Part shown: positions 19,450 through 28,999 of the stretch, in pieces
Numbering within the stretch: position 1 is the stretch's first letter
Layout: each line of letters opens with the position of its first letter
IMG/VR virus record: IMGVR_UViG_3300045978_000375
Coordinates: 570 to 64,569 of that record
Length of the DNA: 64,000 nt
From: a virus
Reading direction: 5' to 3' (one strand)
The notes under the pieces: generated by a model
What the model saw: the letters and a program-made list of their open reading frames with translations, nothing else
The model's database searches: none
Told to the model about the DNA's origin: nothing
Made by a program: the position numbers and the translations under genes

Positions 19450-19815
19450 ATGGCCGCCGCACCGAAGTTTGCTCTTTTCGTGAGCTCGGTCTCGGGGCGG
19501 CTCGCATCGCGGCCCGGCTCTCCGCACACGTACATCGGCGCGCGGCTGCCGAGTCCCGAGGAGCGGAAGGCGGGCTCGAGCGAACCCGTCTGGAACCCGG
19601 ACGAGATCGTCCCGATCCTCGAGTCGGAATACAAGGACCCGCGCTTTCTGCGCCACTGGGACGGGATGATCCGTGACGGCGACCTCCTGTCGCGCACCGA
19701 AGCCGAGTGGCAGGCCTACGTGCAGGGGCTCGAGAAGGTCGAAGTCGAGCGCACGAAGAAGCTCGAAGCGGAGTCGCGGAAGGCCAAGACCGAAGCAGCC
19801 GGAGGTAAAGAATGA
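19450..19815 (+). CDS. hypothetical protein
   Basis: 121 aa, ATGA-coupled to the sheath gene. Confidence 0.45.
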   Translation: MAAAPKFALFVSSVSGRLASRPGSPHTYIGARLPSPEERKAGSSEPVWNPDEIVPILESEYKDPRFLRHWDGMIRDGDLLSRTEAEWQAYVQGLEKVEVERTKKLEAESRKAKTEAAGGKE

Positions 19816-21341
19816 GCGCACCGCTCGCAGTCGATCCGTCGATGATGCGGCCGGGGATCTACGTCGTCGTCAACTTCCTGCGCGGCGCCTCGAGCCCAGG
19901 CGCGCAGGGCCTGCGGTGCGCGATCATCTCGCCGCCCGCGTCGACGCCAGGAAACCAAACGGTCGGCACCGAGATCCGGCAGGTATTTTCGGCTGAGGAG
20001 GTCGAGACGGCGAGCGGTAAGAGCCTCGCCTTCTACGCCTACAAGTCGCTTTTCGCGAACGACCCGCGGGCGGTCACCGACCTCGTGCTGTGCGCGGCGT
20101 CCGCCGGCGCGACGGCGACCGGCACCATCACGTTTACGGGCGCGCCGACCTCGAACATGACGTTCCGCTTCTGGGGCCAGGGCTGGTCGGTGGACCTCCC
20201 CTGGAACGTCGGCGAGGCCAACACGGTCGCGAGAGATCGCGCCGTCACGCTCATCAACCAGCTCGCGGCAGACATGAGCGCCATCGCGTCAGCTGGCTCG
20301 GGCGGCGTCGTGAACATCACTTTCCGCACGGTCGGCCCGGCCGGCAACGATTTTCGCATTCGGACGTCCATCATCACGGGGGCGGGCGCCACGCTGCCGA
20401 CGAGCGGCGCGACGCTCACGGGCGGCACGACCGAGGTGGACATGACGACCGCGCTCTCGACGCTCGGCGTGAAGGAGTACGACTACATCCTCATCTGCGC
20501 ATCGAACGCGGACGCGCAGTCGTCTTCCGGCACGGCGAATCCGGGGCGGCTCGCCGCCCACATCGACGCGAACCTCACGGGCTCGGCGGCGAAGCTCCAG
20601 CAGGGCGTCTACGGCTCGACCGGAACGATCGCGCTCGCGAAGACGAACGCGATTGCCCGCAACCACACGAACCTCGAGCACGTCCTCTCTCGCTCGGACG
20701 AGTCCCTCCCCTGCGAGGTGGCGGCGGCCGAGCTCGGCGACCGCATGAAGCGCCGGCGCCTGGAGTCGAACGCGAACCGCGTGCTCCAGCCGCTGAAGCG
20801 CATCAAGGGCGCGGCGGACCCGACGACCGCGCGCACGACCGACACGGAGGCGCAGGACGCGCTCACGAACGGCGTGACGCTCATCGGCTACGCCGCGAAC
20901 ACGAACGCCGTCATGCTCGAGCGGTCGATCACGACCCACAGCCAGGACACGCTCGGAAACCCCGACCGCCGCTGCGTCGACACGAACGAGCCGGACTCGC
21001 TCTACGACTACGCGAAGGACCTCCGAGCCGCCATCCCGCAGACCTACCTGTCTCCGGACGGCCAGGTGAAGATCGCGAAGGACCGCGAGCCGGGCGACGC
21101 CGACAACCCGGCTGGAGTCGTCGAAGAGCGCGACGTGAAGAGCACGATCGCGAACCGCACCTTGGGCTTCTGGGTGCCGAAGGGTGTCATCGATGGCGCC
21201 GCGTTCGAGGCGTCCCTCGCAGACGGGACGCTCATCGTCGAGATCAACGCGTCCGACCCGACGCAGTGCGACATCTTCATCCCGGCGAAGGTCTTCAAGA
21301 TCGCCGCGAAGTTCGGCCTCTACATCGCAAAGGCGGCCTAG
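19812..21341 (+). CDS. contractile tail sheath protein
   Basis: 509 aa, followed by a 128-aa tube-sized gene, chaperone and tape measure (canonical myovirus order). Confidence 0.75.
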   Translation: MSAPLAVDPSMMRPGIYVVVNFLRGASSPGAQGLRCAIISPPASTPGNQTVGTEIRQVFSAEEVETASGKSLAFYAYKSLFANDPRAVTDLVLCAASAGATATGTITFTGAPTSNMTFRFWGQGWSVDLPWNVGEANTVARDRAVTLINQLAADMSAIASAGSGGVVNITFRTVGPAGNDFRIRTSIITGAGATLPTSGATLTGGTTEVDMTTALSTLGVKEYDYILICASNADAQSSSGTANPGRLAAHIDANLTGSAAKLQQGVYGSTGTIALAKTNAIARNHTNLEHVLSRSDESLPCEVAAAELGDRMKRRRLESNANRVLQPLKRIKGAADPTTARTTDTEAQDALTNGVTLIGYAANTNAVMLERSITTHSQDTLGNPDRRCVDTNEPDSLYDYAKDLRAAIPQTYLSPDGQVKIAKDREPGDADNPAGVVEERDVKSTIANRTLGFWVPKGVIDGAAFEASLADGTLIVEINASDPTQCDIFIPAKVFKIAAKFGLYIAKAA

Positions 21342-21344
21342 CCC

Positions 21345-21731
21345 ATGGCAGACGTGAACGACTTCGCCGACTACCCAAAGGGCCGCATGGCGATGGGCTC
21401 GGGCGACCTCATCGACGTGACCGACATCACCGTCACGTGGGAAGACGGCGAGAAGTCGGTCTCGACGCTCCGGCAGAACCCGGCCGGCTCCACGGGCGGC
21501 GCCCGGTCGTGCAAGGTCACGTTCAACTCGGCCGTCAGTCATGCCGGGTTCGAGCGCGACTACTTCGGCAAGTACGACAAGCGCGAGGTCCTCGAATTCC
21601 GCTTCAAGGTACCGGGCAAGACGTTCGTCGTGACCGGCCGGCTCACCTCGCCCGAGCTCGGCACGAGCGTGGACGACTTCACGAAGTCGAAGTGGATGGT
21701 CGTCGGCAAGTACAAGCCCGTCGCGGCGTAG
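21345..21731 (+). CDS. tail tube protein
   Basis: 128 aa immediately after the sheath. Confidence 0.6.
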   Translation: MADVNDFADYPKGRMAMGSGDLIDVTDITVTWEDGEKSVSTLRQNPAGSTGGARSCKVTFNSAVSHAGFERDYFGKYDKREVLEFRFKVPGKTFVVTGRLTSPELGTSVDDFTKSKWMVVGKYKPVAA

Positions 21732-21734
21732 CCA

Positions 21735-22358
21735 ATGGCCAAGCCTGTCGAAGCCTTCGGGGGCCGGACATGGGACGAGCTCGAAGTGCTCGAGCACGAC
21801 GCCGGACAGCTGATGTTCCCAGCCGTGCTCAGGCGCAGGGACCCAAAGGGCGCAGTCGTCCAGACGAAGGTTCGCGTCCGAGTGCCGTCGCCCGAGGACA
21901 CCTTCCGGGCGCGTGCGGCGGCCCGCAAGTGGGCCGGGGAGCTCGAGCTCGACCCGAAAGAAGACGTGGACCTTTTCAAGCAGCTCGAGCAGCTCTGCTT
22001 GCTTGCGCGGTCGGTGCGCACGTTCGATTCGCACGCGCAGTTCGCGGAGCCGGCCGAGCTCGGCAAGTACGACGAAAGCTGCCTGCACGACCTTCAGGAA
22101 CAGATCGCTGCCTTCAAGGAGCAGCTCGACCCGCGCGACTCCGTCGAGACCGAGGAGCAGGTGTGGCGGAAGGCAGTCGAGATCCAAAAGGCGGCGAACA
22201 TCGGCCCTTTAGTCGATACCGCTGGGCGCGATCAGCAGCCCTTCGTGCTGCGTATGGTCGAGGAAGCGCTGCGCTCCCCGACCGGGTTGTCTTGGCTGCG
22301 CTCGTTCGGGATCTCGATTCCGGAACCTTCACCGTCGCCGAGCTCAGCGCCATCCTGA
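21735..22358 (+). CDS. tail assembly chaperone (G-like)
   Basis: 207 aa between tube and tape measure. An overlapping -1 frame stays open to 22417, 8 nt into the tape-measure gene. Confidence 0.5.
   Translation: MAKPVEAFGGRTWDELEVLEHDAGQLMFPAVLRRRDPKGAVVQTKVRVRVPSPEDTFRARAAARKWAGELELDPKEDVDLFKQLEQLCLLARSVRTFDSHAQFAEPAELGKYDESCLHDLQEQIAAFKEQLDPRDSVETEEQVWRKAVEIQKAANIGPLVDTAGRDQQPFVLRMVEEALRSPTGLSWLRSFGISIPEPSPSPSSAPS
22205..22211 (+). promoter_or_regulatory. candidate -1 slippery heptamer C CCT TTA in the chaperone gene
   Basis: Matches X XXY YYZ in the zero frame (codons GGC CCT TTA). The -1 frame is open from here to TGA 22415-22417. Confidence 0.3.
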
Positions 22359-22409
22359 ACGGCTCACGCGCGGATCCCGCGTGGCGCAAGCTCGTGAAGG
22401 AGATCAGCG

Positions 22410-24473
22410 ATGACTGACCGTCGCGTAGGCGTGCGGCTCGACCTCACGAACGCCGGTTTCAACAGTCGCCTCGCCGACTCGCGGCGCGAAGCGAAGAGCC
22501 TCGAGCAGGCGGTCGACCAGATCGGCGAAGGGGCTGCGCGCGCGAGCCGCAAGACGTCGAGCTTCTTCGGCGTCATGAAGGCCGGCGCGAGCGGCGCGAA
22601 GAATTCGCTCGGCGAGCTCGGGGGCGAGGTGCGGAAGGTGCTCGGGCAAGCGGCGACGCTCGGCGGGGCGCTCTCCATCGGCGCCGCGATCAAGAGCGCG
22701 CAGGACGTGACGAAGTCCTACAAGGACCTCGCGTTCGCCATCAGCGTCGGCAGCGGCCAGGCGATGAGCTGGCAACAGGTGCAGGCGAACGTCGAGGCCG
22801 TCTCGGGACGCTGGAAGCTCTCGAATGCCGAAGTCGCCGAGTCCTACGCCGATATCTTCCAGGAGACTGGCAACGCGAGCTTTGCCGTAGCCGCCATCGA
22901 CAAGGTCGGTGCAGCGGCCATCGCCTCCGGCAAGAGCACGAAGGTGTTGAGCGGCATCGCCGGCACGCTGAACGAGAAGTTCGGTATCGGCGCCGAAGGG
23001 CTCGAACAGGCGCTTGCGGCCTCGCTCGAGCTCGGGAACAAGGGCGGCGTCTCGGTCGAGGAGCTCGGTGAAAAGCTCGGCTTCGTCGGGGCGAGCGCAA
23101 AGCTCCTCGGGATGAAGGGCCAGGCCGGCCTCCAGCAGGTGATCGGCATGCTGAACCTGGCGGACGACGCGATCGGTCCGCCGCGGCAGAAGTTCCAGGC
23201 GCTCTCGCAGCTGCTCGAAGGCATGGCGAACCCCGAGCGCGCGAAGGCGGTCCAGAAGGCGCTCGGCGTGCAGCTCCTCGACGCGAAGGGGAACGTCCAT
23301 GCCGACGCGCTCGAACGCGTCCTCGCGAAGACCAGGGGCAAGCAGAGCGAGCTCGCCAAGGTGTTCTCGGGCGGCGAGCTGAAGCTCATGGCCTCGCTCG
23401 GAGAGCCGTTCGCCAAGGCCTTCGAGGAGACCAAGGGCGACGTCCAAACCAAGATGACGGCCGGCATCGAGGCCTACCGGGCCGCGCTCGGTGACGCAGG
23501 CAAGGTGGCTTTCGACGGCGCCGCCCTCCAGAAGGAAGCGATGGAGCGGCTGAAGGACCCGCAGCGGCAGCTCCAGGACGCGATGACGCGGTTCGAGAAG
23601 GCGTTCCAGCGCCCGGAGATGATCGCTGCGATCGACAAGCTCGCAGCCTCGGCGCCGCGGCTCGCGCAATCGTTCGCGAACCTCATCGGCTTTGCTGTGA
23701 ACCACCCGGCACTGGCGGCCGGCGCGGTCGTGGGCGGCGTGGCGGCCAAGGGCGCAGCCGGCGCCGTCCTCAATAAGGTGAGCGAGGCCGCCATGAAGAC
23801 GGCGGCGGACACGTTCTCGAGCTTCGCGGCGAAGAATCCCGGCTGGGCAACCGCCGGCAAGGCGCTCGGCGTGGCGGCCGCAGCGCTCGTCGCCTACGAG
23901 GTCGGGAAATCGCTCATCGACGCCAGTATGGACGATGACGAGAAGCGGCTCGACGCCGCCCGCGGAGCGGGCGCCGCAGCCGAGGCGATGGCGAAACACG
24001 GCACCGGTACGCCGGCCGAGCGCGCAGAAGCGGCCGCGAAGCTCCGCCGCGAGATCGAGTCGCTCGAGAACGAGGGGCCCGGCACCGCGAATAAGCTCTT
24101 CGGCTCGATCGCAAACGCCATCGACCCGAACGTCGAGCGCGCCGAAACCCGGCATGCGCGAGAGATCGCGGAGCGGAAGGCGCAGCTCAAGCTACTCGAG
24201 GGGAGCACGGGAACGGCGCCGCCAGCGCTCTTGCCTGCCGAGGCAGCGGTAGCCTCCGGCGCCGGGTCGCGGGCGAGTGCGGCCGACAAGGTTGCTCGAG
24301 AGGTCGCGACCGGCGAGCCGAAGAAGGTGACCATCTCGAACGAGGAAGCCATGGCGCGCGCGATCGGCAGGCAAGTCGGGCAGGAGGTGCGGAGCGCAAT
24401 CGCCGGCCTTGGTCCCGGCACGAACGGTCTGCCGCCGGTGCCGAGCAACACCCCGGGGAGCGCGGCCCGATGA
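22410..24473 (+). CDS. tail tape measure protein
   Basis: 687 aa, Ala/Gly/Lys-rich helical, after the chaperone. Confidence 0.8.
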   Translation: MTDRRVGVRLDLTNAGFNSRLADSRREAKSLEQAVDQIGEGAARASRKTSSFFGVMKAGASGAKNSLGELGGEVRKVLGQAATLGGALSIGAAIKSAQDVTKSYKDLAFAISVGSGQAMSWQQVQANVEAVSGRWKLSNAEVAESYADIFQETGNASFAVAAIDKVGAAAIASGKSTKVLSGIAGTLNEKFGIGAEGLEQALAASLELGNKGGVSVEELGEKLGFVGASAKLLGMKGQAGLQQVIGMLNLADDAIGPPRQKFQALSQLLEGMANPERAKAVQKALGVQLLDAKGNVHADALERVLAKTRGKQSELAKVFSGGELKLMASLGEPFAKAFEETKGDVQTKMTAGIEAYRAALGDAGKVAFDGAALQKEAMERLKDPQRQLQDAMTRFEKAFQRPEMIAAIDKLAASAPRLAQSFANLIGFAVNHPALAAGAVVGGVAAKGAAGAVLNKVSEAAMKTAADTFSSFAAKNPGWATAGKALGVAAAALVAYEVGKSLIDASMDDDEKRLDAARGAGAAAEAMAKHGTGTPAERAEAAAKLRREIESLENEGPGTANKLFGSIANAIDPNVERAETRHAREIAERKAQLKLLEGSTGTAPPALLPAEAAVASGAGSRASAADKVAREVATGEPKKVTISNEEAMARAIGRQVGQEVRSAIAGLGPGTNGLPPVPSNTPGSAAR

Positions 24474-25411
24474 CGGCGAGCTCGGCCGAAACGGACATCT
24501 GGCTCGGACTTGGGCCCGCGAGCTTCCAGCTCGATGGCGGCTTTCTGCACCAGTTCACCGCGCAGGTGCTGTCCGAAGGCGGGAGCAACCGCATCGCCAA
24601 ACGAGACCGGCCCTTTCGGGACGGAGCGAAGCTCGACTTCGTCGGAAACAACTCCGACGAGTGGACGATCGACTGCATCTACAACAACGACGTGACCGAG
24701 CCGGGGGCGGAGTTCGACCGCTGGCCGAGCTCGCTCGAGGACCTGATCGCCGACCTGAAGACCGGCGACACCGGCACGCTGAACCTCCCCTGGAAACGCG
24801 GCCTGCGTGTGAAGGGACTCGACTGGCAGCGGGTGGCGAACGCGAACGAGAATCGAAGCGGCGAGACACTCCGGGTAAAATTCCAGGAGGACAACGAGGA
24901 CAGCCTCGACCGGCAGGCCTTCGACCTTGTGACGGTGAAGGCGACCCTGCCGAGCACGGTCGAGGCGGCGCAGTTCGACGCGGAGAGTGAGGGTATGGAT
25001 CTCTTCGCCTTCGAGGACATCACCCAACTTGCGGCCGACATCGTCGGTCTCCTGAATCGACCGGGCGAAGTGTCGGCGGCGCTCCTTCACGCCGGCAACC
25101 GGATGATCCGCGCAGTCGACACAATCGCGAATGCCTTCTCGACGGGAGAGCCAGGGCGCGACCAGCTGAACACGCCGGCGGGCGCAGGTCTCAACCGGCA
25201 GCTCCTCGAGATGCGCGAGCTCGGCGCACGCGCGGTCGGCGAAGGGCGCCCGCGGCCGACGCGGACGATGCGGTTCGACAAGCCGCGGGACATCTGGTCG
25301 ATCGCCACCGAGGTGCGCCAGGGGCCGAGGGACTTGATGACCATCAACGAGCAGATCGAGGACTTCGCCTACATCCCGCCCGGCACGCCCGTTCGTGTCT
25401 TCGCAGACTGA
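24470..25411 (+). CDS. DNA-circulation-like tail protein (Mu gpN position)
   Basis: 313 aa, ATGA-coupled to the tape measure. Synteny with Mu gp43. Confidence 0.45.
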   Translation: MTASSAETDIWLGLGPASFQLDGGFLHQFTAQVLSEGGSNRIAKRDRPFRDGAKLDFVGNNSDEWTIDCIYNNDVTEPGAEFDRWPSSLEDLIADLKTGDTGTLNLPWKRGLRVKGLDWQRVANANENRSGETLRVKFQEDNEDSLDRQAFDLVTVKATLPSTVEAAQFDAESEGMDLFAFEDITQLAADIVGLLNRPGEVSAALLHAGNRMIRAVDTIANAFSTGEPGRDQLNTPAGAGLNRQLLEMRELGARAVGEGRPRPTRTMRFDKPRDIWSIATEVRQGPRDLMTINEQIEDFAYIPPGTPVRVFAD

Positions 25412-25416
25412 CGTCC

Positions 25417-26577
25417 ATGGCGAAGCGCCCAGACCATGACGAGGTGAAGATCGAGTCGGCCGAAGGCGGCGACGCCTCCGTCGTGATCGACCGGGCAACC
25501 CAGTACGAGATCATCACCGACATCCTGTCGCCCTCTACGGCGCGCTTCGAGCTCGGGGATGAAACGACCTGGGAGCCTCTCCGCGAGGCAGCGAAGATCG
25601 GCGCGCGCATGACGGTGAGCGTCGGAGGCTGGCCGCGGCTCACCGGGCGCCTGCTCACCCGAAACCTCGCGCTCTCGGCGAGCTCGGGCGGCACGGTGCA
25701 GTTCGCCATCCGAACGCGGCTCGCGGACGCCATGTTCAGCGCCGTCTACCCGAAGATCGGCGTGAAGAACGTCTCCTTGAAGGACCTCATCGTGAAGGCC
25801 TTCTCGCTCGACTACGAGGGCAACCAAACGGGCGTCACCGAGTCGGACTTCATCTTTCAGGCGAACGTCGCGCGCGAGATCCTGACGGGCCGCTCGAGTC
25901 CCGGTCGCGCGGCGCCCGAGGTCCGCAACATGCGCGAGGACGAGGCGCGGCCACACCCGCCCGAGACGGTGTACCAGTTCGTCGACCGGCACCTCTCGCG
26001 GTTCGGGCTCATCATGTGGGACGCCGCCGATGGGCGGATCATCGTGGGCACGCCCGACGACGCGCAGCGACCGCTCTACCAGATGACGGCCCGCCGGCGC
26101 CCGAACTCTCAGGCGAACAACCTCCTCTCGGCGACGAAAACCGAGGACTTCGAGGAGGTGCCGAGGGACCTCTGGGTGTTCGGTGTCGGAGGTGGGAAGG
26201 ACCAGGAGCTCGCGGTCGTGAAGTTCGTCGCGCTCGACGACACGCTCTTTGGCTCGTCGCCGAGGCTCTTTCGGAGCGCCACCATCATCGACAACGACAT
26301 TCGGACGCAGGCGCAAGCGGAAGCTCGAGCGCGGCGCGAGATGATGCGGCGCTCCCTGCAGAAGGACTCGTGGGTGCTCGAAACCGACGGCTTCCACCAC
26401 TGGGACGGGAGCGAAACGCTACCCTACGTCGTGGACACGGTCGCGGACGTGCAGGTGGACATCGCAGGCGGGTCCTCGGGCGCCTACCTCGTCTATCAGG
26501 TGGCGATGGCCTGCAACGCGCAGGATGGGCAGAGGACGCGCCTCACGGCGTGCGGGAAAGGCGTCTGGGCGCTCTGA
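25417..26577 (+). CDS. baseplate hub-like protein (Mu gpP / P2 gpD position)
   Basis: 386 aa. Synteny. Confidence 0.45.
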   Translation: MAKRPDHDEVKIESAEGGDASVVIDRATQYEIITDILSPSTARFELGDETTWEPLREAAKIGARMTVSVGGWPRLTGRLLTRNLALSASSGGTVQFAIRTRLADAMFSAVYPKIGVKNVSLKDLIVKAFSLDYEGNQTGVTESDFIFQANVAREILTGRSSPGRAAPEVRNMREDEARPHPPETVYQFVDRHLSRFGLIMWDAADGRIIVGTPDDAQRPLYQMTARRRPNSQANNLLSATKTEDFEEVPRDLWVFGVGGGKDQELAVVKFVALDDTLFGSSPRLFRSATIIDNDIRTQAQAEARARREMMRRSLQKDSWVLETDGFHHWDGSETLPYVVDTVADVQVDIAGGSSGAYLVYQVAMACNAQDGQRTRLTACGKGVWAL

Positions 26578-27410
26578 TGGACATCCCGGCAGCCGCTTCG
26601 AGCATCGTCTTCACCATGCTGCGCGTCGTCGGTTCGACCGTGGTGGGTAAGCATTCGGCCGTGCTCGTGGGCGGCGAAGGCGGGGTCGGCGGCGAGGCCG
26701 TGACGGATGCCGAGGCCTTCGGCGCTCCTGGAGTCGTCTTTCGGCCGCGCCCGCCTTCAAAGGTGGACGGACGTGAGATCGGCGCTGAGGCGATGGCGGC
26801 GCGCGGGCCGCGTGGGATGGTGCCGGTCGCCTGGCGAGACCTCCGGCTGAATCGGCGCTTCCCTTCGCCAAAGCCTGGCTCGGTCGCGCTGGTCGGGTAT
26901 GGCGGAGGCTTTCTGTCCTTTGACGATGCAAACGAAGACACGTCCGTGGGGACGCTCTATGTGCCCTACAAGCGGAACGCCGACGGCACGGTGAAGGAAG
27001 CCCACATGGTCCAGCTCGGCGTGGACGGAAGCGGAAAACCGTTCATCGGCCTCATCAACGGCACCGGACTCCGCGTGACGTTGCTCGATGACGAGGTCGT
27101 GGTGGCGAGCAAGGATGGATCGAAGCGGCTCGAGGTGAACGACGACGGCGTGAACGCGGTCGGGCCGTTCAAGGCGGCGAGCGGTGCGGACCTGGGTGGG
27201 CCAACGTCGCGCGCGCTAGCGCTGCATGCTGAGCTCAACAATCTCTTGTTGCCGCTCAGCAACCTGCTCACGCAGATCACAACCCAGCTCAGTGTCGTCG
27301 GCCCCGTTGCTGGCACGCCGGGGGCGTACGTCACACCACTCGCCGCGTTCGCCACGGCGATGAGTGCAATCTCATCGACCGGAGCAACGCTTTTCACGAA
27401 GGGCGCCTAG
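26577..27410 (+). CDS. baseplate spike-like protein (Mu gp45 position)
   Basis: Internal ATG overlapping the upstream TGA. 277 aa. Confidence 0.4.
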   Translation: MDIPAAASSIVFTMLRVVGSTVVGKHSAVLVGGEGGVGGEAVTDAEAFGAPGVVFRPRPPSKVDGREIGAEAMAARGPRGMVPVAWRDLRLNRRFPSPKPGSVALVGYGGGFLSFDDANEDTSVGTLYVPYKRNADGTVKEAHMVQLGVDGSGKPFIGLINGTGLRVTLLDDEVVVASKDGSKRLEVNDDGVNAVGPFKAASGADLGGPTSRALALHAELNNLLLPLSNLLTQITTQLSVVGPVAGTPGAYVTPLAAFATAMSAISSTGATLFTKGA

Positions 27411-27737
27411 GTGTCGTGCGCCCTGCCGTCGCTCTCGTTCCCGGCAATCCCGGGGCCAGCGCTACCAGGCGTCGGCGTGCCCCCGCTGCCGATACCGCCA
27501 ATCCCCATCGGCGGCTTCGGTGGGCTCCCGTCGCTTGCTTTCCCCGCTGTGCCTGGCCCTTCGCTGCCGAGCGTCGGCGTGCCGTCTCTGCCAACCGTTC
27601 CGCTGCCAGTGGGTCCCGGCCTGGCGCTCGGTGGCCTGCCATCTCTCGGGTTTCCAGCGATCCCGGGGCCAAGCCTGCCGGCCGTGGGAGTGCCTTCTCT
27701 GCCTGGCATCCCTCAGCCGTACTGCCCGCTCGACTGA
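27411..27737 (+). CDS. Pro-rich triple-repeat small protein
   Basis: GTG start abutting the upstream stop. Three copies of LPSL(S/A/G)FPA(I/V)PGP(A/S)LP.VGVP(P/S)LP. The other frames look like Arg-rich artefacts. Confidence 0.4.
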   Translation: MSCALPSLSFPAIPGPALPGVGVPPLPIPPIPIGGFGGLPSLAFPAVPGPSLPSVGVPSLPTVPLPVGPGLALGGLPSLGFPAIPGPSLPAVGVPSLPGIPQPYCPLD

Positions 27738-27785
27738 ACATCCGGTTCCTTGACCGATGAGGGGAGGAGACGCACCCTGCCTAGG

Positions 27786-28541
27786 ATGCGTTTACAGACG
27801 TCTTTGGTGCTCCTCTTGGTTGGGTGCGGGGGTAACTCGGTGGACGCACCAGCGGGCGCGGAGCAGGCGGGAATGGGGGGGTTCGTGGTGGTGGGTGGTT
27901 CCGACTCAAGTGGCGGGTCGGGCGAGACAGCTGGAGCAGGCGTCGGCGGTGCAGCGAGTGGTCGTGGCGGCGCGGGCGCAGCGGGCATGTCGGGCAAGGG
28001 TGGCGCGGCAGGTGCGAGCACTGCTGGGCGTGGTGGTAGCAGCGGCACGGGCGGCGCAGCGGGAGCCGGCTCTGGTGCGGGTGGAGCTGGCACAGGCGGC
28101 AGTGCTGGTACTGCTGGTAGCGGTGGAGGCGCTGCGACCGCCTCTAGCGGTAGCGGCGGCGCTGGCGGAGCCATGGTGGGGGCCGGTTCCGGTGGCTCCG
28201 ACACGGGGGGTGGCGGCGCGAGCGCTGGCACCGGCGGCGAGGCTACGAGGTCCCTTCTCGGGTGCGGCGAATCGGCAAGCGGTTACCCGTGCGGCCCCGA
28301 TCAGTACCTTTGGAAATGCCCCGACGAGGCGCAGCCGGTCGGACCGTACACCGGCCTCGGGCCTACCAACTATCCGGATGTTGGCTGCGAAAGCGCCGGT
28401 GACGAGAGTGAGTGGTGTTGCGACGCTGCCGTGATTCTAGACACGCGGCTAGTGCCGGCCGACGTCTGTCCACCGAACCAGCAGCCCTTTCAGTTCAACG
28501 ATAGGCCCGACGGTGAGTACGTTTGCGTAGGAGTGATCTGA
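27786..28541 (+). CDS. lipoprotein with Gly/Ala/Ser-rich linker and Cys-rich C-terminal domain
   Basis: MRLQTSLVLLLVGC lipobox signal. About 120-aa G/A/S low-complexity region. C-terminal domain with 10 Cys. The TTG at 27750 is an alternative start. Confidence 0.6.
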   Translation: MRLQTSLVLLLVGCGGNSVDAPAGAEQAGMGGFVVVGGSDSSGGSGETAGAGVGGAASGRGGAGAAGMSGKGGAAGASTAGRGGSSGTGGAAGAGSGAGGAGTGGSAGTAGSGGGAATASSGSGGAGGAMVGAGSGGSDTGGGGASAGTGGEATRSLLGCGESASGYPCGPDQYLWKCPDEAQPVGPYTGLGPTNYPDVGCESAGDESEWCCDAAVILDTRLVPADVCPPNQQPFQFNDRPDGEYVCVGVI

Positions 28542-28960
28542 TGAGCAAAGCCCCGAACGTCTCGCCGGGTGTGGCTGTGCTGACGACCGTCGTGGTCATC
28601 GGTGGATTCTGCCTTTACGCGTTGTTCGATCCGCTTTCGAGTCGGAAGGCCTCGACAGAACCGCCACCACCACCAGAACGCGAGTTTACGCCGAGCGAGC
28701 TCGCCTGGAGTGGCTCTCAGGCCGTAGTCGAGAAGCAGCTGAAGGTGCCGACGTCCGCAAAGTACGGGTGCGACAAGCAAGGGTACCCACCGGCGGTGTG
28801 CGTGCGCGAGCTCAGCGGCGCTCAGTTTCTGGTTTCCGGGTGGGTAGATTCACAGAACGCACTCGGGACGATGATGAGGTCCGACTTCCGGGTGCTGTGG
28901 AAACGGGAAGCGAACGGGGACTGGACGCTCGTGTCCGGCCCGGAGATCGAGCAGCGCTGA
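28541..28960 (+). CDS. N-terminally membrane-anchored small protein
   Basis: ATG overlaps the lipoprotein stop (TGATG). TM helix VAVLTTVVVIGGFCLYALF, then a Pro-rich linker and a globular domain. Confidence 0.55.
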   Translation: MSKAPNVSPGVAVLTTVVVIGGFCLYALFDPLSSRKASTEPPPPPEREFTPSELAWSGSQAVVEKQLKVPTSAKYGCDKQGYPPAVCVRELSGAQFLVSGWVDSQNALGTMMRSDFRVLWKREANGDWTLVSGPEIEQR

Positions 28961-28999
28961 GCGGGTCAAGCCCAGCCATGGGCGCCAGGGTTTCCCGGC

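Noticed and set aside
20090-22417. 775-aa + strand ORF and 632-aa minus ORF (20289-22187) overlapping the sheath, tube and chaperone genes
   Set aside because: Their translations are Arg/Gly/His-rich with low third-position GC. The sheath, tube and chaperone frames have the proper codon bias. Only the last 140-210 nt of the + strand frame is considered, as a frameshift extension.
27713-28231. 172-aa Pro/Ala-rich minus-strand ORF
   Set aside because: It is antisense to the Gly/Ala/Ser-rich linker of the lipoprotein gene. The + strand frame has a proper lipobox signal and a Cys-rich domain, so the minus ORF is the complement of low-complexity coding sequence.
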